Part shown: piece by piece, positions 1 through 15,400 of the stretch
Layout: each line of letters begins with the position of its first letter
Position numbering within the stretch: position 1 is the first letter of the stretch
Source: Leptogorgia sarmentosa
Lineage: Eukaryota
Assembly: GCA_964658305.1 (NCBI GenBank)
Contig: OZ210885.1
Span: 7,750,001 to 7,814,000 of the forward strand
Direction of reading: 5' to 3'
Length of the DNA stretch: 64,000 nucleotides
Translations under genes and position numbers: made by a program
Notes under the pieces: generated by a model
What the model was told of the DNA's origin: nothing
The model's database searches: none
What the model saw: the letters and a program-made list of their open reading frames with translations, nothing else

Positions 1-789
1 GGTGTTAAGCATGAGATCGGTGCTTTGCGAATTCACAGAACTTTAACAGTCTTTCTACTTTTGTTTTGCGAAGCGATGTTTTATGCTTTCTGGCATTGTA
101 GAAAGGGCGTCAATGGACCGCTTACATAATAGAGAAAATTTTCAAAAACCTCGAAATAATATGCAATCAAAATAACAGCGTTAAAGAGCATTCGAAAGTT
201 AGTAAGATTGCAGAGTTTGGTTGCGAAATGGTATAAAATGCGAGGAATATACCCCTGTGAAGTTTTCAAAATTTGTAAATTTTTGTATTACGCACACAAA
301 ATTGACACCCTTTTCACGACAGTTGTATCAATTTGCCGCACAGAATGGTTGAAACTCTCAATCCCAGGAAAATAGATTTTGTAGCATGTAATAAAATGGA
401 TTTGTGCGTTTATTAAGCGCGAGACAAAACAAAACAAACGAAATCGTATATAGTTTAAAGTATTCTGGTTTGAACCTATACACATACCGATCATACACTT
501 CAGCGTCTAGGCAAATGCTGCATGAATGGACAGAACATATAGTGTTAGTGTATATAAATATATTATCATAATATGGTTTTGAAAAGAGTAAATTTAGTTT
601 TTAGACGGCCACATTTTTCTCAAACAATCGCAAAGCGCTGTCTCTAAAGCTTTTAAAGACCCAATGACATGCGATATTATATGTCGTCAAGTTTCAACTC
701 CTTATGCAATTTGATATGATCGCGCGGATTCCGAAATGCGAGATAGTCATGAAAGCTTATATGAAGTATTGAATACGTCTCACGTTTTA

Positions 790-2600
790 ACTACGCCCAA
801 CCTCACGTCTTCAAAGGTATTAGTATTTGCACCATTATCAATTTCAGAATGCTATTAGTAAAACTTCAGAAGCAGCTCAATTCTTCGTTCGTACCAGTGA
901 ATTATTTAAAAACGAAGGAATACAAGTAATGGACAGTTATGGACAGTTATGTATCAAATCAAGTCAATGAAGAGGAGTGGTAGGAAATTATTTCGATGGA
1001 TGAAATGGAGACTTCAGAAAATCTGAACGCTCACAGTCAAGAAGTAGTTGAGGAAATGAAAGTAATGACTTGATTGATAATGATACAGATGATGAGTGGT
1101 GTGCAGTGACTGAACGGTCATCAGGTCTTATGGATACATTATTACAAGAACCCGACATTACCCAAGATGGTGACAGAATAATAATTTTTGCACCAAGAGA
1201 AGTAATGCCTGTTCAATTATAGCACTATATGTAACCATTTACATATTTTGCGAAGCAAAGATAGAAGACTCGCGCAGTCTGTCCCAAACATTTTTAACGG
1301 ACTAAAGAAATTGCAGATCGGGTAAATTCAAGGACGTGCAAGTTATCAGTGCGTAACTGTAAAACCAAAGTTAAAATTTTCAAATCAGAAAGTTGTGTCA
1401 ACAAGTTAATAAATTTGGATGAAGGATTTGGAGTTTTAAGAAATTTACGCTGATCACCTCCATACTTCGAAAGGTGTAAAAAAGATCTATTTGCCATGAT
1501 TCGTCTGCTTGGTAATCCTATACGTGGTTCTGTTCATATTCAGCAGCTAGCTGAAACACAGTGGATTCATTTGACTAAAATTCTAGGTCGGCTAAGAAAT
1601 CTGAACTGATACAGAAAGATCAAGTCACATATTTAAGAAATTGTTGACATATATGGTACAATTATTCATTCACAATTTTATTAAAAGCTCAAGTCATCCA
1701 GTTGGAGAAGTTGTTGACTTCTTCTATCGCGTTGAATTTCCGCCCGGCAAAGAGGTTCTCCACATATCCACGGCTTATTCAGGATAAAAAATGCTCCTGA
1801 GTATGGTAAAGATAGTGATGAAGATGTTGCTGAGTTTGTCCATAGTTATGTTTCATGTAAAGTTGACTCAGATGATTTAACTGATTTCGTAAATTTACAA
1901 AGGCATAAACACTCTAAAACGTGTAAGAAGAGTAGTCAGGCTGTTTGCAGATTCAATTTTCCATTACCACCAATGCCAAAATCCATGATTTTAGAGCCTT
2001 CATCGGAGACTGATCATGACGAAAATGTCGCAGCTATATTAAAGAAAGCTTTAGAACGAATGTCTGAGTTATATAGATTCCATTAAGGCAGATGAAACCA
2101 TGACATTAACTTTTTTGAATTTTCTCAAGAGCAGTATATAAAAGCTATAAGGCTACTTATTAAGCAGAATTTCATCTGTACTTCGACTATCAACTGTCAG
2201 CCACCGATGATCAGATAAGAGAACTAGCTATATAGCACGATCGTAAATATGTCTGTGATCTCAACTTCCCGAAAATGACATCAATCAAGAACACATGCAT
2301 ACTATACTCTGTTAATCATTGGTTCTGATGTCAATGATTGTAACTAGCAACTAAGCATGACAACTGCTGGTATATAGCAGAATTAACCCTTGTCAGTGTA
2401 ACATATGAGGAAATAAATCGTTTCATATTAAATACTCGTTCCGTTATCATAAAATAAATTACTTATCTTTTTACTAAAACCAAAGTTAAAATTTTAAAGT
2501 CAGAAAGTTGTGTCAACAAGTTAATAAATTTGGATGAAGGATTTAGAGTTTTAGGAAATTAACCCGGATCACCTCCATACTTTGAAAGCTTGTCAGAACT
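790..2600 (+). mobile_element. Decayed Helitron/Helentron Rep (HUH endonuclease) fragment
   Basis: Frameshifted translation gives HHYQFQN..EAAQFFVRTSELFKNEGIQV (~825), DTLLQEPDITQDGDRIIIFAP (~1130), SPPYFERCKKDLFAMIRLLG (~1455), FYRVEF..QRGSPHIHGL (HUH motif, ~1720-1780) and QRHKHSKTCKK..CRFNFPLPPM (~1900-1975). There are many stops and frameshifts. 1357-1470 is duplicated at ~2474-2590. Confidence 0.85.
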
Positions 2601-2890
2601 TCCAAGATTTTTTGAAGACACGACCAAAGAAGGATTATTCTTCCCAGAGCTGAAGTCGATATTTATGGACTTTATGCATGACCGCACATGTTGCATATCC
2701 TTCCCGTCGTAAAGAACATTGTTACTCAATCAAGAACACATGCATACTATACTCTGTTAATCGTTGGTTCTAAGCATGACAACTTCTGGTATATAGAAGA
2801 ATTAACTCTTGTCAGTGTAACATATGCGGAAATAAATCATTTCATAAATACTCGTTCCGTTATCATAAAATAAATTACTCATCTTTTTAC
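2283..2890. repeat. Direct duplication, ~160-190 bp units (2283-2475 and 2728-2890)
   Basis: Both start caatcaagaacacatgcatactatactctgttaatc and end cgttatcataaaataaattact(t/c)atctttttacta. Confidence 0.85.
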
Positions 2891-3222
2891 TATCACAATA
2901 TAAAACAGAATACGTCATTTCAACAATTGCAAAGCTTTCAAAAACGTTTTTTTTCAGTGTCTCAGTTTCAAACTTTGATATTACTTGATGTCCCCTTTAT
3001 ATGAAAGTCACTGAAGAACTCATATGATGAATTTTAAGAACCTACTATGTTAATAATCAAGAAACAGATATATATTACAGTATAATCATAAATCAGATAA
3101 ACCCGTTAGTTGGTCAGTTTTAATATTTTCCCGGTCAAAAATTGTCTTCATCTTTAAATGCTATTTTAAATTTTCTGAATTTGTTATGTGCGCTAATACT
3201 GTTGTGTATTTTTGTTTTCCAG

Positions 3223-3468
3223 GCAGACTGCTATCTTATGAAGAGTATCCGGGGATAAAGACGCTATTAGAGCAACTCCGTGCAACATGCACGGAGACTT
3301 GCCGTCTTATACCGGAATTCTCATGTTTAGATCTTGGCGGCCCTGAGATCTTTCGAAAAACGTTTGATTCCAGCGTATGCTCATTAGCGACGTGCAATTC
3401 CTCATCCGCTACTCTTGTAATTTGTGGTTTAGGGAATGGTTCAATCACAATCTTTGATCTTGACACAG
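3223..3468 (+). CDS. WD40 gene exon (first in window)
   Basis: Acceptor ttttccag, donor g|gtaggt; encodes GRLLSYEEYPGIKTLL...ITIFDLDT. Confidence 0.8.
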
Positions 3469-6400
3469 GTAGGTAACCGTGTGGTAACGTACCATGGATA
3501 AAACTAATGGCAAGGTTTGGGATTTTCAATAGTTTTTTTTCTTTTGACCGATCGTCAGTCCGGAAAAGGGATAAAACACAGATTCAATGCCGCCTCTGCT
3601 TGTAATTGTAATTGTATGTACAACCATATCCTCACTCACATTTGAAAGAATCGTCAGTTCTGAGTTATGCAAGTTGAGCAGCTGCGCGATATACCATATA
3701 CGTGTATAAAAAATTGAGCAAATTTGAAATCGCTCTCAATTTCACAATGCCACTCGGGTGACGTTATTTACTGACAAAACTTTGAATTATTCCTTGTCAA
3801 GAAACGTTGTACTAGCCTTCAGCTTCAATTCTTTTTGTTAGTACTGATAATGAACAAAATAGATAAAAAGTTTAATAAAGTACGTGTTTAACATTCGTGC
3901 TGTCACATGTACAGTAGTTGATTACATCGGAAATTTACGGCGCTATAATCTCAGGGAGCTCACTGGTAGCCAATGGCCTCAGGGCTCGTCCCACTATGCT
4001 TTGCATCACTCTTGGTAATGTGGCTATGCTTTGCTTCAGGTATATATCGGTTGTTCTCAGATTACTTACGTGCTTCTCTTTTCGGAATCGGCAAATAATT
4101 GATCCGCTCGCCAACTATAACTCGCGGTATTTCGTGCGACGTCTCCAACAATTGATAGTAGGGACCTTAAGATCTAAAACGCAACAAACTTGACGACGGG
4201 GTATAAATTTCAGCTTGAAATGAAATGAGTGCTGACCTTTTTATGCTTTAAATAGATGTTGGAATTTTTTCAAGAAACAGTTACATAGGTTCAGCTAAAG
4301 CAATGCGATCGTTGCTGTGTAGTCAACTTGAAGTTACAGCTCTCACGTTGTAATCAGCCTTCACGTTGTTTTGAAGACGTTATAATGCTTGGCTTAACGT
4401 TGCGTTGATAACAAAGCTGTTGATACCACAATTTATGCTTGGTTTTTGTTCAGCATAAAAATTTGTTTGTTCGGAAAGCTCGTCGTCGAGTTGGTCACGT
4501 TGTAGTTCATAAGATCCCTAATCCTCTGCTGCAAAATTGCTATGAAACCATTTTTGAACTTATCCACAATGTAGTTGTCTTTCTATTAGGAATGACAGAA
4601 AAGTTTGGTGATAGTTACAGTTTGATAAAATTAAAAAAATATATTGGTGCAGTGTAAAATAAACAACTGTATACACACGTCATATTTCGCGCAAATAAGT
4701 ACTAAGTACAGTATTAATAATATTACGCCATCCAAATCTCATTTTGTTACACGGATAATTATCCAAATTTTTAGACCTGTAGCCCACTGCCCCGGATTTT
4801 GAGAAAAGTTTCAGTATTGGAAGCAGACAAATTGAATTATAGCGTAATATATTATGACTATATTTTAAACATATTCATACATGCCTTTTTAGCTAAGCAA
4901 AAGCTTTGATCTTGGTTATTCATAGAAATGAGAATATAGTCAATATGCAGTGGATATGGGTGAGGATCAAAGGTTTACACTCAAAGTAATTGAAAATTTA
5001 TTAGAAAATTAGCCAATCATGTACGGTAGTCGTCGTCATATGATGATATTTGAAATTTGGATTAGATACTTGAAGAATCATGTTCATCCATATAGTAAAA
5101 TATTCAGTCATTTCTTGAACAGGATCAATGTTTACTGGGTAAAAAATAAAAAAATCTCACAAATGGCTGGAGGGAATGCTTTTGTCTGCAACATATTAAT
5201 AAAACTATAAAAATCAATTCGGACAGAGTGACATATTATTTCTTCTAAACAATAAAACTTACAATTATTAAAAAATCGTGTGCATAAATGATATCTGCCA
5301 ATTTTAAAATGTGAAAGTTCAGTAGTTACAAATACAAGTAGGACAACATTCCTGTGCAATCATTGGTATTAACTGTATAGAACTTTTCCTGTTCCTCATG
5401 CATGCTTTCCAATTATCTACTTTCTGTTCTACCACCAACATCAGACACTAAATTTTATCTAAACAGTAGTAAATATATTATAAATTTCAGTAAACTGTTC
5501 GGCATTGGAAAACAGCGATATGTGCATGTGGCTGCTCTACAATTAAACCCATATTTGTATAGTATGTGGTTGGTGAAATTTACAATTTAATAAAATATCA
5601 AATTTGTTACATCAAAACAGCAACAGACAACGTGTATAGGTTACCGTTGACCGTTACTCTACCACTTTAGTTATCGAGGCAACAGGGACCGGTAGCGAGT
5701 CTTACCCAAGCGTTCAAGTTGGCTCGATACCTATACCTATGGACTTGCACAACAAAGATGAGGGCATACTTTTATGAAATCCCAAGAAGTAACGAATGAA
5801 AACACACGCCTGTGAAACAAGCCACAGTAAATTCCGCAAAATTACAGTTATTTAGTTTTTAGTATTAAACATCGTTTCGCTGTTTGTCTATCCCTTACAT
5901 TGCTGTTTAAGTTGCTATACGGACGTATTAGTAAAAATGAAAGTTAGCGATGGGTTAGTTAATGTAGTTACTTGTCTCAATCATTTATTTTATCGCCGCA
6001 ATGTTTTGAAAAATACTCCCAATGTAGTAACGATGTGAATGAAAATGATCTATTACACCCTTTTCTTTACGTGCTATCTTATTTTATAAACAGGGAGAGA
6101 AGTTCAACAACTACAGGGACATTCTGACGATGTTAGCTGTTTGGCTGTGTCACAAAGTGGAGCAATACTAGCGTCAGGATCGCCGGACGGAAGTACAATA
6201 CTTTGGAGAATGGAAAGTTATGAACAGCTTTTTGTGTTCCAAGGGAAGAGTTACGTTAATGCCCTGGGTTTCAGTGCAGATGATCAGCGAGTGTTTATTG
6301 GAACATACGATGGTAAGCATCTTAAACACAAGTCAAACAAGGACATCAAAATGCTGTTCAGAATAGGTAAACGAAAATCTGCATAAACGTTTTCTCGACT

Positions 6401-9400
6401 TCCGCTCTGCTTAAAAGTTAGTATTAAAGTGCGCGAGTTTCGATAAGAAATAAGATTTTGCTGACGTGTACGAATTCAACGGTTCTGAAGGAACGCCAGC
6501 AACGATGCCATTGGAGAAAAAATTAAATCCTTTTCATATTATGTTTGTTAAATAACTCCGCAAATGATCATACTTTCGGAAATATGTTACCCCGCCGGTA
6601 CCAAATTGAATATTGGAATACTTTTATTAAATTAAAATAATTATTTTTTCTTCAAATAAAAATACTTGAAAGAACGTCCACAAAATGTTTGTTTTACGTT
6701 GCAAATTCAGCGACGTAAATCTCCAGTGTCGACCCTCGGTTGAACTGTTGTGGATGGCCTCTTTATTATACCTCTTAGCTTCACATTTTTACTATGCTAA
6801 CTCTACGAAATATTCTCCTGAATTCTGCATATGATATGCATTTTAATTGTGCTATTTCCTATCGAACATATTATAGCTATTTAACACCTCTTCTGCTTCA
6901 ATTATACCCAAAAGGCAAAAACGTTCCGTAAAAAGAAGCACACTAAAATAAGTTCCTATAAAGCAGAAACAATGACAACAGTAAAAGTTTGACTGTAATG
7001 TACAACTATTAATATACATCCAAGCACAATTTAAAAGGCAACAAATTGTTTCAGCTAGCTACTGAATGATATCAAACATTTTGTTAACTTCAAACTTTTT
7101 TGCATCTTCAGTTTCAATAAAAATTATTTGAATTTCACATTAGCCAAAGCCCTGAAGAAACCTCTTCCCAGGGCGCCCGGCCAGGTTGGGCCCCTAGTAG
7201 TTACGCCACTGTGTACATCGCTATTTACTAAAAAAAATTGGCTTCACATTTTAATACAAGAACGTTTATGAAGCGGATTGATGCATATCGTTTCAGTTCT
7301 TGGGTTTCACGTAACGTTCCATATTTGAGTGGGAGTACACTCTAATTAGCGACGCAGTCATCACATTGAGTTAAATATTCACTGTATATATTCAACTTGT
7401 GCTTCGTAGCGAATATGTGAAATTCAGAAGCATTTCCTCAGTTTCATGCAGCATAATCGTTAATACATTCTAGGTTACTCCCGTTTCTTACGAAAAGTAC
7501 TCTTTCTCCCGAACGCTATATCAATTTAGGTCGAATTCGTCCTATGACTATAATTGGCTGCCGTATCTCTGGTTTTACGCACCCAACAAGGACAAAAATA
7601 CGCTCTTTTTATTCAGCGTAAAAAACTCTATATATCTAAGCAATGTTCATATATATATACAATGCAATACAAGGAAAATATATTGACTTGAACCATTGAA
7701 ATATTATACATCCAGCAAAATGCTACCTAGAATACTAAGTACATGCACCAATAAAATCGCGGTAGAAAATTTTATATTTCTACTTTTTTACAAGGGTATA
7801 GGTAAAAAGGTTTTCCTTAAGTTTCTAGAGGGGTGCGAATTTCCTACAGGGGGGGGGGGCAAATTTCCAAGGAATTTCGCCCGCTGAGAGGGCTACGAGG
7901 GGCGAAATTATGTCCCGTGCGAATAAACCAGAAGTGACTTTATCCATATATGAAAATATCGCACCCTACCTATTCCAAGGCATGTTTTTCACGTGTTTCA
8001 GACTGTTGCGCAATCTGATTTATCCTGTTTTAGTAAATGCCGTGCGCGTGCGGAAATTTCCGACAATTACAAAAAAGCTTGTAGAAATGTTATTATTTGT
8101 GCAAATAACACGAAATATTCAAAATAAAAAGAACATAACACAGGTTTCATGACTATGCGGCTTCAAGGAGAAATAAGGACATGGATTTCAACATATTGGT
8201 CTCTGTTTTTCTCAGACAGATGCTAATTGCCTTACGTTTCCGACGATCAATCTTTATTTTTTTGTGTGTGTTGTGTTTTAACTAACATGCGACCCAGCGT
8301 TCGAATGGTCATTTTATTAGGATTTCAACGGTGTTTGTCTTTATTTCGTGCGGTATATACTCAGTGAAAAAAAAAGATTTATAAAAATTTGTATTTCAAC
8401 TTTCGGAAACGTGTTGGAGAGAAAGAGAGCTCGTTTGTAATCCGTCGCACATTTCGACCATTTTACTGAACTCGTACCTGTAACCTGTCGTACTGTAGAA
8501 CAGGTTACAACTTGTATATAATCGACTACATTTGAAAACAAAGTATATTTTCATTATTTTGAAGCGAAGCCCACTGGCGTACATGGCCCTTGCTTTACGG
8601 TTCTAACTTTCGCGATCTGTAACCAAGTTTTACCAACAGTACCACTGGTATGGATGCCCTGTACAATGCATACAATTTGACAACAATGTAGCTATGGTAG
8701 AGGGTATGGGTTTGTGAAAAAAATCTAAGACTTAAAAATTTGTATTTCAACTTCCGGAAACGAGTTGGAGAGAAAGAGAGCTCGTCTGTAATCCGTCGTA
8801 CATTTCAACCAATCTATCTGAATTCATACCGGTAACCTGTTGTACATAATATACTACATTAGAAAACAAAGTATATTTTCATTATTTTGAAGCGAAGCCC
8901 AACCGGCAACTGCCATACATGGCCCTTGCTTCAGGGTTGTAACTTTCGCGATCTGTAATCAAGCTTTACCAACAGTACCACTGGTATGGATGCCCTGTAC
9001 AATGCATACAATTTGACAACAATGTAGCTATGGTAGAGGGTGGGTTTATGAAATTTACAAAAGGCATCGTATCATGGACCATGTTCACTAATTCTTTTTG
9101 TGTTTGATGCCAGGAACAGCAGTTTTACAACGTAGCTGTAGTAAAATGATTTCCGGGGAAAACCAGATACGTCTCTTTGAGTAGCACCTCTCAACCTTCG
9201 CCAAAAGTACAAATTGTTCATATTCAAACAATAATTGCAACAGCTGGTTTGAGGATTCCAGCGACTGCGTATCTTCAAACCAGCGGTTAACTGTAAACGT
9301 CGTGTAGAGCGCAGTGAAACGCAGTGTAAAAACATGAGCCAGCAACAGCCAGAGCATGTTCAGCGCCGGAGAGGGACACAATTAAAAACAAGATTTCACA

Positions 9401-12400
9401 AAATCGTCTAGGGTTAGAAATTATTGAAACATCAGTCTGACGAGTATCCATCATGCGTTGTAGGGCTGAAAGTGTATTGTGTTTCTACCGGAGAAAACCT
9501 CTCAACAAGTATTCCTGAGGGAGTCGAGTCGCTGTGTACGACCAAAGATGGACAGTTCATTGCTAATGTTGGATATCGTGACAAGACTATCAAGTTGTGG
9601 AAAGCCGATACACTAAATTTTGAGGCCAGTTTGGTTGGCCATACAGATCGGGTGAGATGCGTTGTCGCAACAGGTATGCAATACTGTATGAGTTAATATT
9701 TCATAACATTTTGAAGATCTTACTTCAATAGAGTCTCTTCAGAATTATATTTGTTATTTCATTCGGATAAAACATATTCTTTATTATAAACTTCCTTAAG
9801 GGTTCAATAAAGCAATGATTGGAGGGGAATATCATGTTTTGGAATAAATGTTCCCAATTATTGCACAAAAATACCTGCTTGCAACAGCATTCTAATATAT
9901 TAATGAAAAATTATGCCTAGAAAGAAAGCAATGTCTTTGCTTAAATGTTAGTATGGTGGTAGCCAGTGCGTTCATGTACAAGCCCTATTTTAGAACTTTC
10001 TGATTTCTTTCAAATTTTTAGGCTGGTTGTATTTGTATATGCTAAGAGTATTTTAAAATGGCCACTAGATTTATCTATGCTAGCTTTCTAAATATACTTT
10101 GAGACAATTTGCTTGTGTGTGTATATTTCAACTGATTACCCTGTGTTGCAGACCTTAATGTATAAATTGTGATACTGTACAAGTAGATTCGAAAGACTTG
10201 GCATTTAGGCCGGGTATTGTATATTTTATTAGCGTTCAGACCTCTTGTAAGTAATAATAGTGTGCCGTAAAAATAGAAGCAAGCTTTGAAACAAGGGCAT
10301 AGGAATAAAGTTGTAGTTTGTGGGGGAGGAGGGGGGGGGAGGAAGAAAGAGAACAGAATCCAAACCTTTACTATTAAATGTTGCAACTTTAAATAAGTTT
10401 CAACTTTAACTTCGATAACTTAGCAACAAGAAGACATGATATTTTTGGTTGGGAAAACTTATTCCTGTATTTGCAACTTGCTATCAGCAAGGTGGCATCT
10501 TGAAGAAAAAACATTTAAAAGCTAGTGAATGATGGAATCCTACAAAATATTTTAGTACATTTGGGCAAATTCTCATGTCTATCAGAAAGCTGTACAAATC
10601 CTAGGCATGAAAGAAGGGCACTTTCGGAAAGTTAGGTGGGGGGCTCCTTCCAAGTGCCCCACCATCTTACGCCACTGCTCTGAAATGCATTTCATAGGGA
10701 TACATCAACCAAGAACAATTCTAGCCGTTTCACATGTATCTAATTAATGCACACGTATCGAGTTGAACTACAATATATAATAGAATTCAATTACAGGAGA
10801 ATGAATTGAATTACAAGCTGACAACAGAATATGACAGCATTTTATACCATTTGTTTTTAACTTATGAAATTATATAGATAAAGTAACAAATGGAAGCCAA
10901 CATGAATGTTGTTTGTAAAGTAATATTGTTTTAGATATACTGTCCTTTGCCAAGATATATAGCCAGGTGTCGTCTGACTTATCTTGTTCCTTGTTGACTT
11001 CATACCCTCTTATTCCAACAGACAAAATTTATATAGTTTGACCTGTTTTATAATTGTTGTGACAAACATTGTGCTGTACTGTTAGAACTTGGTAGGTTAG
11101 TTGCTTGAATAAATGTGACAATAGCTGAATTTAATCAGTCAATTATCACAGCTACTCATTGACATGAAAGAGCAGTTAGGCAACAGTTAAGAGCAGTTAA
11201 ACACAGTTATGTTCCCAAACATAAGTATGAATACATGTGCAAACTAATAATGCATTGGAATTTCTTTTTGCGTCAATTTCTCTTCAATATCCTAACGGTA
11301 CCAACAAAATAAACTTTCGGTATTCTACTACTGTAGAATCCATTGCCTGGACATGCAGAATGCATATATAAAAATTTCTCCTGTCAGCGATCGAGTTATT
11401 GAATATATTTAGGATATCATGTACTTTGCTTCCCCTTGTTTTTTTTGTGCCAGTCCAGTTCGACTAAAGTGTGAAGTTTCTCTTTTAGATTCAGGAAAAA
11501 ACAATCCAATGCTTGTGTCTGCTTCAAAGAATGGGACAATAAAAATTTGGGATTTAAAAAAATATGAAGAAATTCGTACTCTTAAGGGTTATGAATCCAA
11601 TGTTACCAGTGTCGCTGTGAGCGATGATAAAAAGTATATTATCTCTGGAGACGATGAAGGAAGTGTGAGGTTGTGGTGTTTCCACACTGGAAAGTGCCTT
11701 TCCTGTTATGAAGGTCATACCGCGGACATCAGGTGGGTTCACTCTAGCAGCTATGTCTAATTTAGCGAAAGGATCGTTATGCGGGCAAGGCAACAACGAA
11801 GACCCGATACATAACATTAAGCTTAACATACAACACATTCTGTTTTGTGTAATTGTATTAATTTATTACGATATTTAACAGTCACACTTAGACGTACTGC
11901 TTCTTGAAATCGGTTATTGATGAATTGAAAAGATAGCAAAGTTGAACACCATGAAAGTAATTTTCAGTCATCCATTTGTTCACAACGCTATAAGAATTTC
12001 TAGTTGTTACACTAATATACTGATTGGCTTCTGGCTATAGTCGTGCTTATTTGCAATGGACGACTTGGGCTTTAGAAAGATTTTAATGAGGGATAAACGT
12101 AGGAAATTCAGTGTATGACATCCAATGCAACATAATTTTACCTGTTGTACATCTTTCATTATCCTATCTTGTATTGCTGCTTTCGTTGATTTTCTGCAGT
12201 ACTGAACTCTACAATATGTCAATAGGGCACCCGTTGATAACAGTTATTTTTATTACTGACGGGATTACCCTATGTAAATAAAGGTTTTATCTATCTATCT
12301 TCTTAATTGTTGTCGACATAGTAATAGAACGATTTTTGCTAAAGATAAAGTGACCATAGATGTAGTTTTCATTTGCACTAACATTTGATGAATACGACAT

Positions 12401-15400
12401 ATTTCCCAGATCATTTATGAATAAATTATACAGCATATTTTGATGATATTGGTTTCTTAAACTATCAATAGTCTGGCAGAGATCGTCTTTGCCATTTTTC
12501 GGTAGAAAAAATTATTATTAGTAATAAACAATCAACTTGTAATATTTCAGCGGTGTTGCAATAATTCCCAAAGAAAAGAAGGTATTGACAGCGTCATTCG
12601 ATGGAAGTATCAGGGTTTGGAACCTGAGAACTGCTGCGTACATGGAACAAAATAGTTTCTCTGATCATTCAAATGACGTCACAGATATTACAATCGCTCG
12701 TGGTGACTCTAGATGTGTTTCTGCATCTAAAGATGGAACTTTCAAAGTTTGGAATCTTCACACACAGTGCTTTTCTGTCAGAGGTATAGTTCAAATTGTC
12801 TATTTGGGCCAGCTTTCTCGTAAATAGGTTGCGGACGATCTCGTTTTCATTTCATTTCACTAAACTCATTTTCATTTTACTAAATTCATAGGAACCTAGC
12901 CTCAACCTTGTTAATTTTTGTGCTTCAATATCTAAAGGATTGTAGTCTAGTAGTTCATCGTAATTTATTGCTACAAAGTTATTTATCAATGCAACGTCAT
13001 ATGAATGGAGGTGCTTGCGATAGCTCAATGTGTGCATTTTTTTACAAGTGAAAAATACATCTCCATTTGTGATGATGAAAATATCTTCTATGATAAAAAA
13101 AATGGCAATATCGAATGCTGGTAGACAACTGCTGTGTAGGTTCCGGATATAATAACATCAACAAGCAACAAAAGTTCTACTTACTACCTAAACGTTAGAA
13201 AACAAATTCACTGCCTATATCGTTCAGTTGGTGAGTAGAACTTTTGCTGCTTGTTAAAGTATCCAGCCATATTAGATACAGTATTTAATCCACTCTTCAA
13301 GATTTTTCTTTTCGTTGTATATAAATCCTTAAATTGCAAAGATTTCTGCATTAATTTTAATAACGCGTCCAACCTGATCATTTGTGACTGTTACAGAAAA
13401 TATCCTTTTGATGTTTACTTTAATTTATGAATTGATTATTTTTTCCTTCCTGATTAATATGTAGGTGACCTTAAATGGGCAAAACATGTTGCAGTCTCTG
13501 CTGATGATCGCTATGTCGTGTCGCTGTCAAAGGATGGGAATATCTTCCTGGACTCGACGAAGTCCTCGATAAAGGTGTAGTACACAAGGCTACTAGTCCT
13601 ACTGTGCATATAGAAATACATAACAATAGAAACATCCAAACACAAGAAATTTTTTGAATTGTTTGTTCCACGTTTCGACTCGGCGTATTCATTATTAGGA
13701 ATGTATACAATTTGTACAAAACATGGGTACATATACTTGTGAAACGCATTAATAATTCATGAAGAAAACACGGGAAATCGTCAGCGTGCAGGTGTCAGTA
13801 TATGTTATACGCAGATTTCGGTTGATTGGCAGAAACTATAACTTTTATTTTCTGATGTAATATCAGATGTGTTTTTAAAATTAAAGAAGATTTGTATCAG
13901 ACCTAGATAATCGAAGGCATACATGGACGGGAAACTCTTAAACTGCACGACATCCGCGTTATGCGCTTTGTTTTGAAACCTGTAACTTCACATTTAATGC
14001 ATTCCAGGACTTCGTACTGCCATAATTATTTTAAACCGGAACAGAAAGAAATGTACATTTACGTATAATACATATAAGAAAACATAAGAATGACCGTTTG
14101 AAGTAGGTTATATTTTAGGTTATATTAGGAAAATTGTATATCAGTGTATGGATACGAACATTGAAGCATTGACTTTGAATTTCATAAACGGCTTTAAATT
14201 TCGACAGATTCGGTAAGTTACTAATTTACCATGTATTATCGAATGGATTCTCATGCAAGATTTAAGACAAACTATACATCAACTTCATTCAGACCTATAT
14301 GATGACAGTTTCAGATCAACGTACACATAACCCATGATAGATAATAATTGAAGTATGAATATGTGACCAGTGTAGGTAGCAGATGGCAACATCGACAACA
14401 AATAAAGGTCTACTCAATACGTATAAGGGATACAAACGGATTTGACGTTTCCAGCAAAAGGGCCCTCGTCGGGAATTAGTGTAACACAATATTCGATCCC
14501 AGCGAAGGGCCTTTGCTCGAAACATAAAATCTGTTTAAATTATTTAGGTAGTGCGTAGACTCTTTGCTTCCTGTTAATAAAGCCACTACCAACACAACTG
14601 AGTACTATAAATACAACTTTTGTACGGGAAAAATACTCACTACCTATTTTGTCTTGCTGGAAGACCCAGCAACAACTTACTGAATGCTAACGTTCTGTCA
14701 TGTACGAGTTTACTTATTCGTGATGCGACACAAGATTGACATAATTGACATTTGATATAGTCCAATTAATATGACGCTCGAGATAATCCTGTATACAATC
14801 GATGACTAGATGGGGCAAGAATCGTGGAAAAATTCATTGTGGACAACGCATGCGTAAATAGTAATACTTGTCAACTGGTGAAAGAAATCAAATTTCAACT
14901 CTCACCGCTCGTGTAGTGGAGGAGGTCTAATGCAGTAACAATTTATAACGTTCCTGCAACGGGATGGTTGTTCACATGTGAGATTGCGCTATCCTATCGT
15001 TTAGGTAGTGAGCAAGACTGTTGCTCTTTGTTGAATTTCCTAAAACAACCCGTTAAAATCTGACGGGAATAAAACTTAAATATTTTGAAATTGCCTGCTT
15101 TTTATCAATTGCCTGCTCCGTATCTGCGATTTTATAGGTTTCCGACCATTTTTAAAACGGTTGAAACTTGAAATATTTGCTAACAAGTGAATGGCCCTTT
15201 CTGAATTTTCCACAATTTGCATGGCCGTTTCATTATTCTTATAAGGAAAACTGCAATAAACACCTCAACTCAAGCAAACCAGTCAAACTTTCTGCAGTAG
15301 CTCTATTCACGCGGTTGTATACATGCAGTTAAACTGTTAAATGCATGCATAAAATTTGAAGACACAAATTGAACAAAATCATTACCAAGATTATGTTACT

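Noticed and set aside
11760..13040. Possible LINE 3'-end relics in introns (aataaaggttttatctatct at ~12280; LTRLRLG on the minus strand at ~12900)
   Set aside because: Too short and degenerate to set boundaries or assign a family without a library search.
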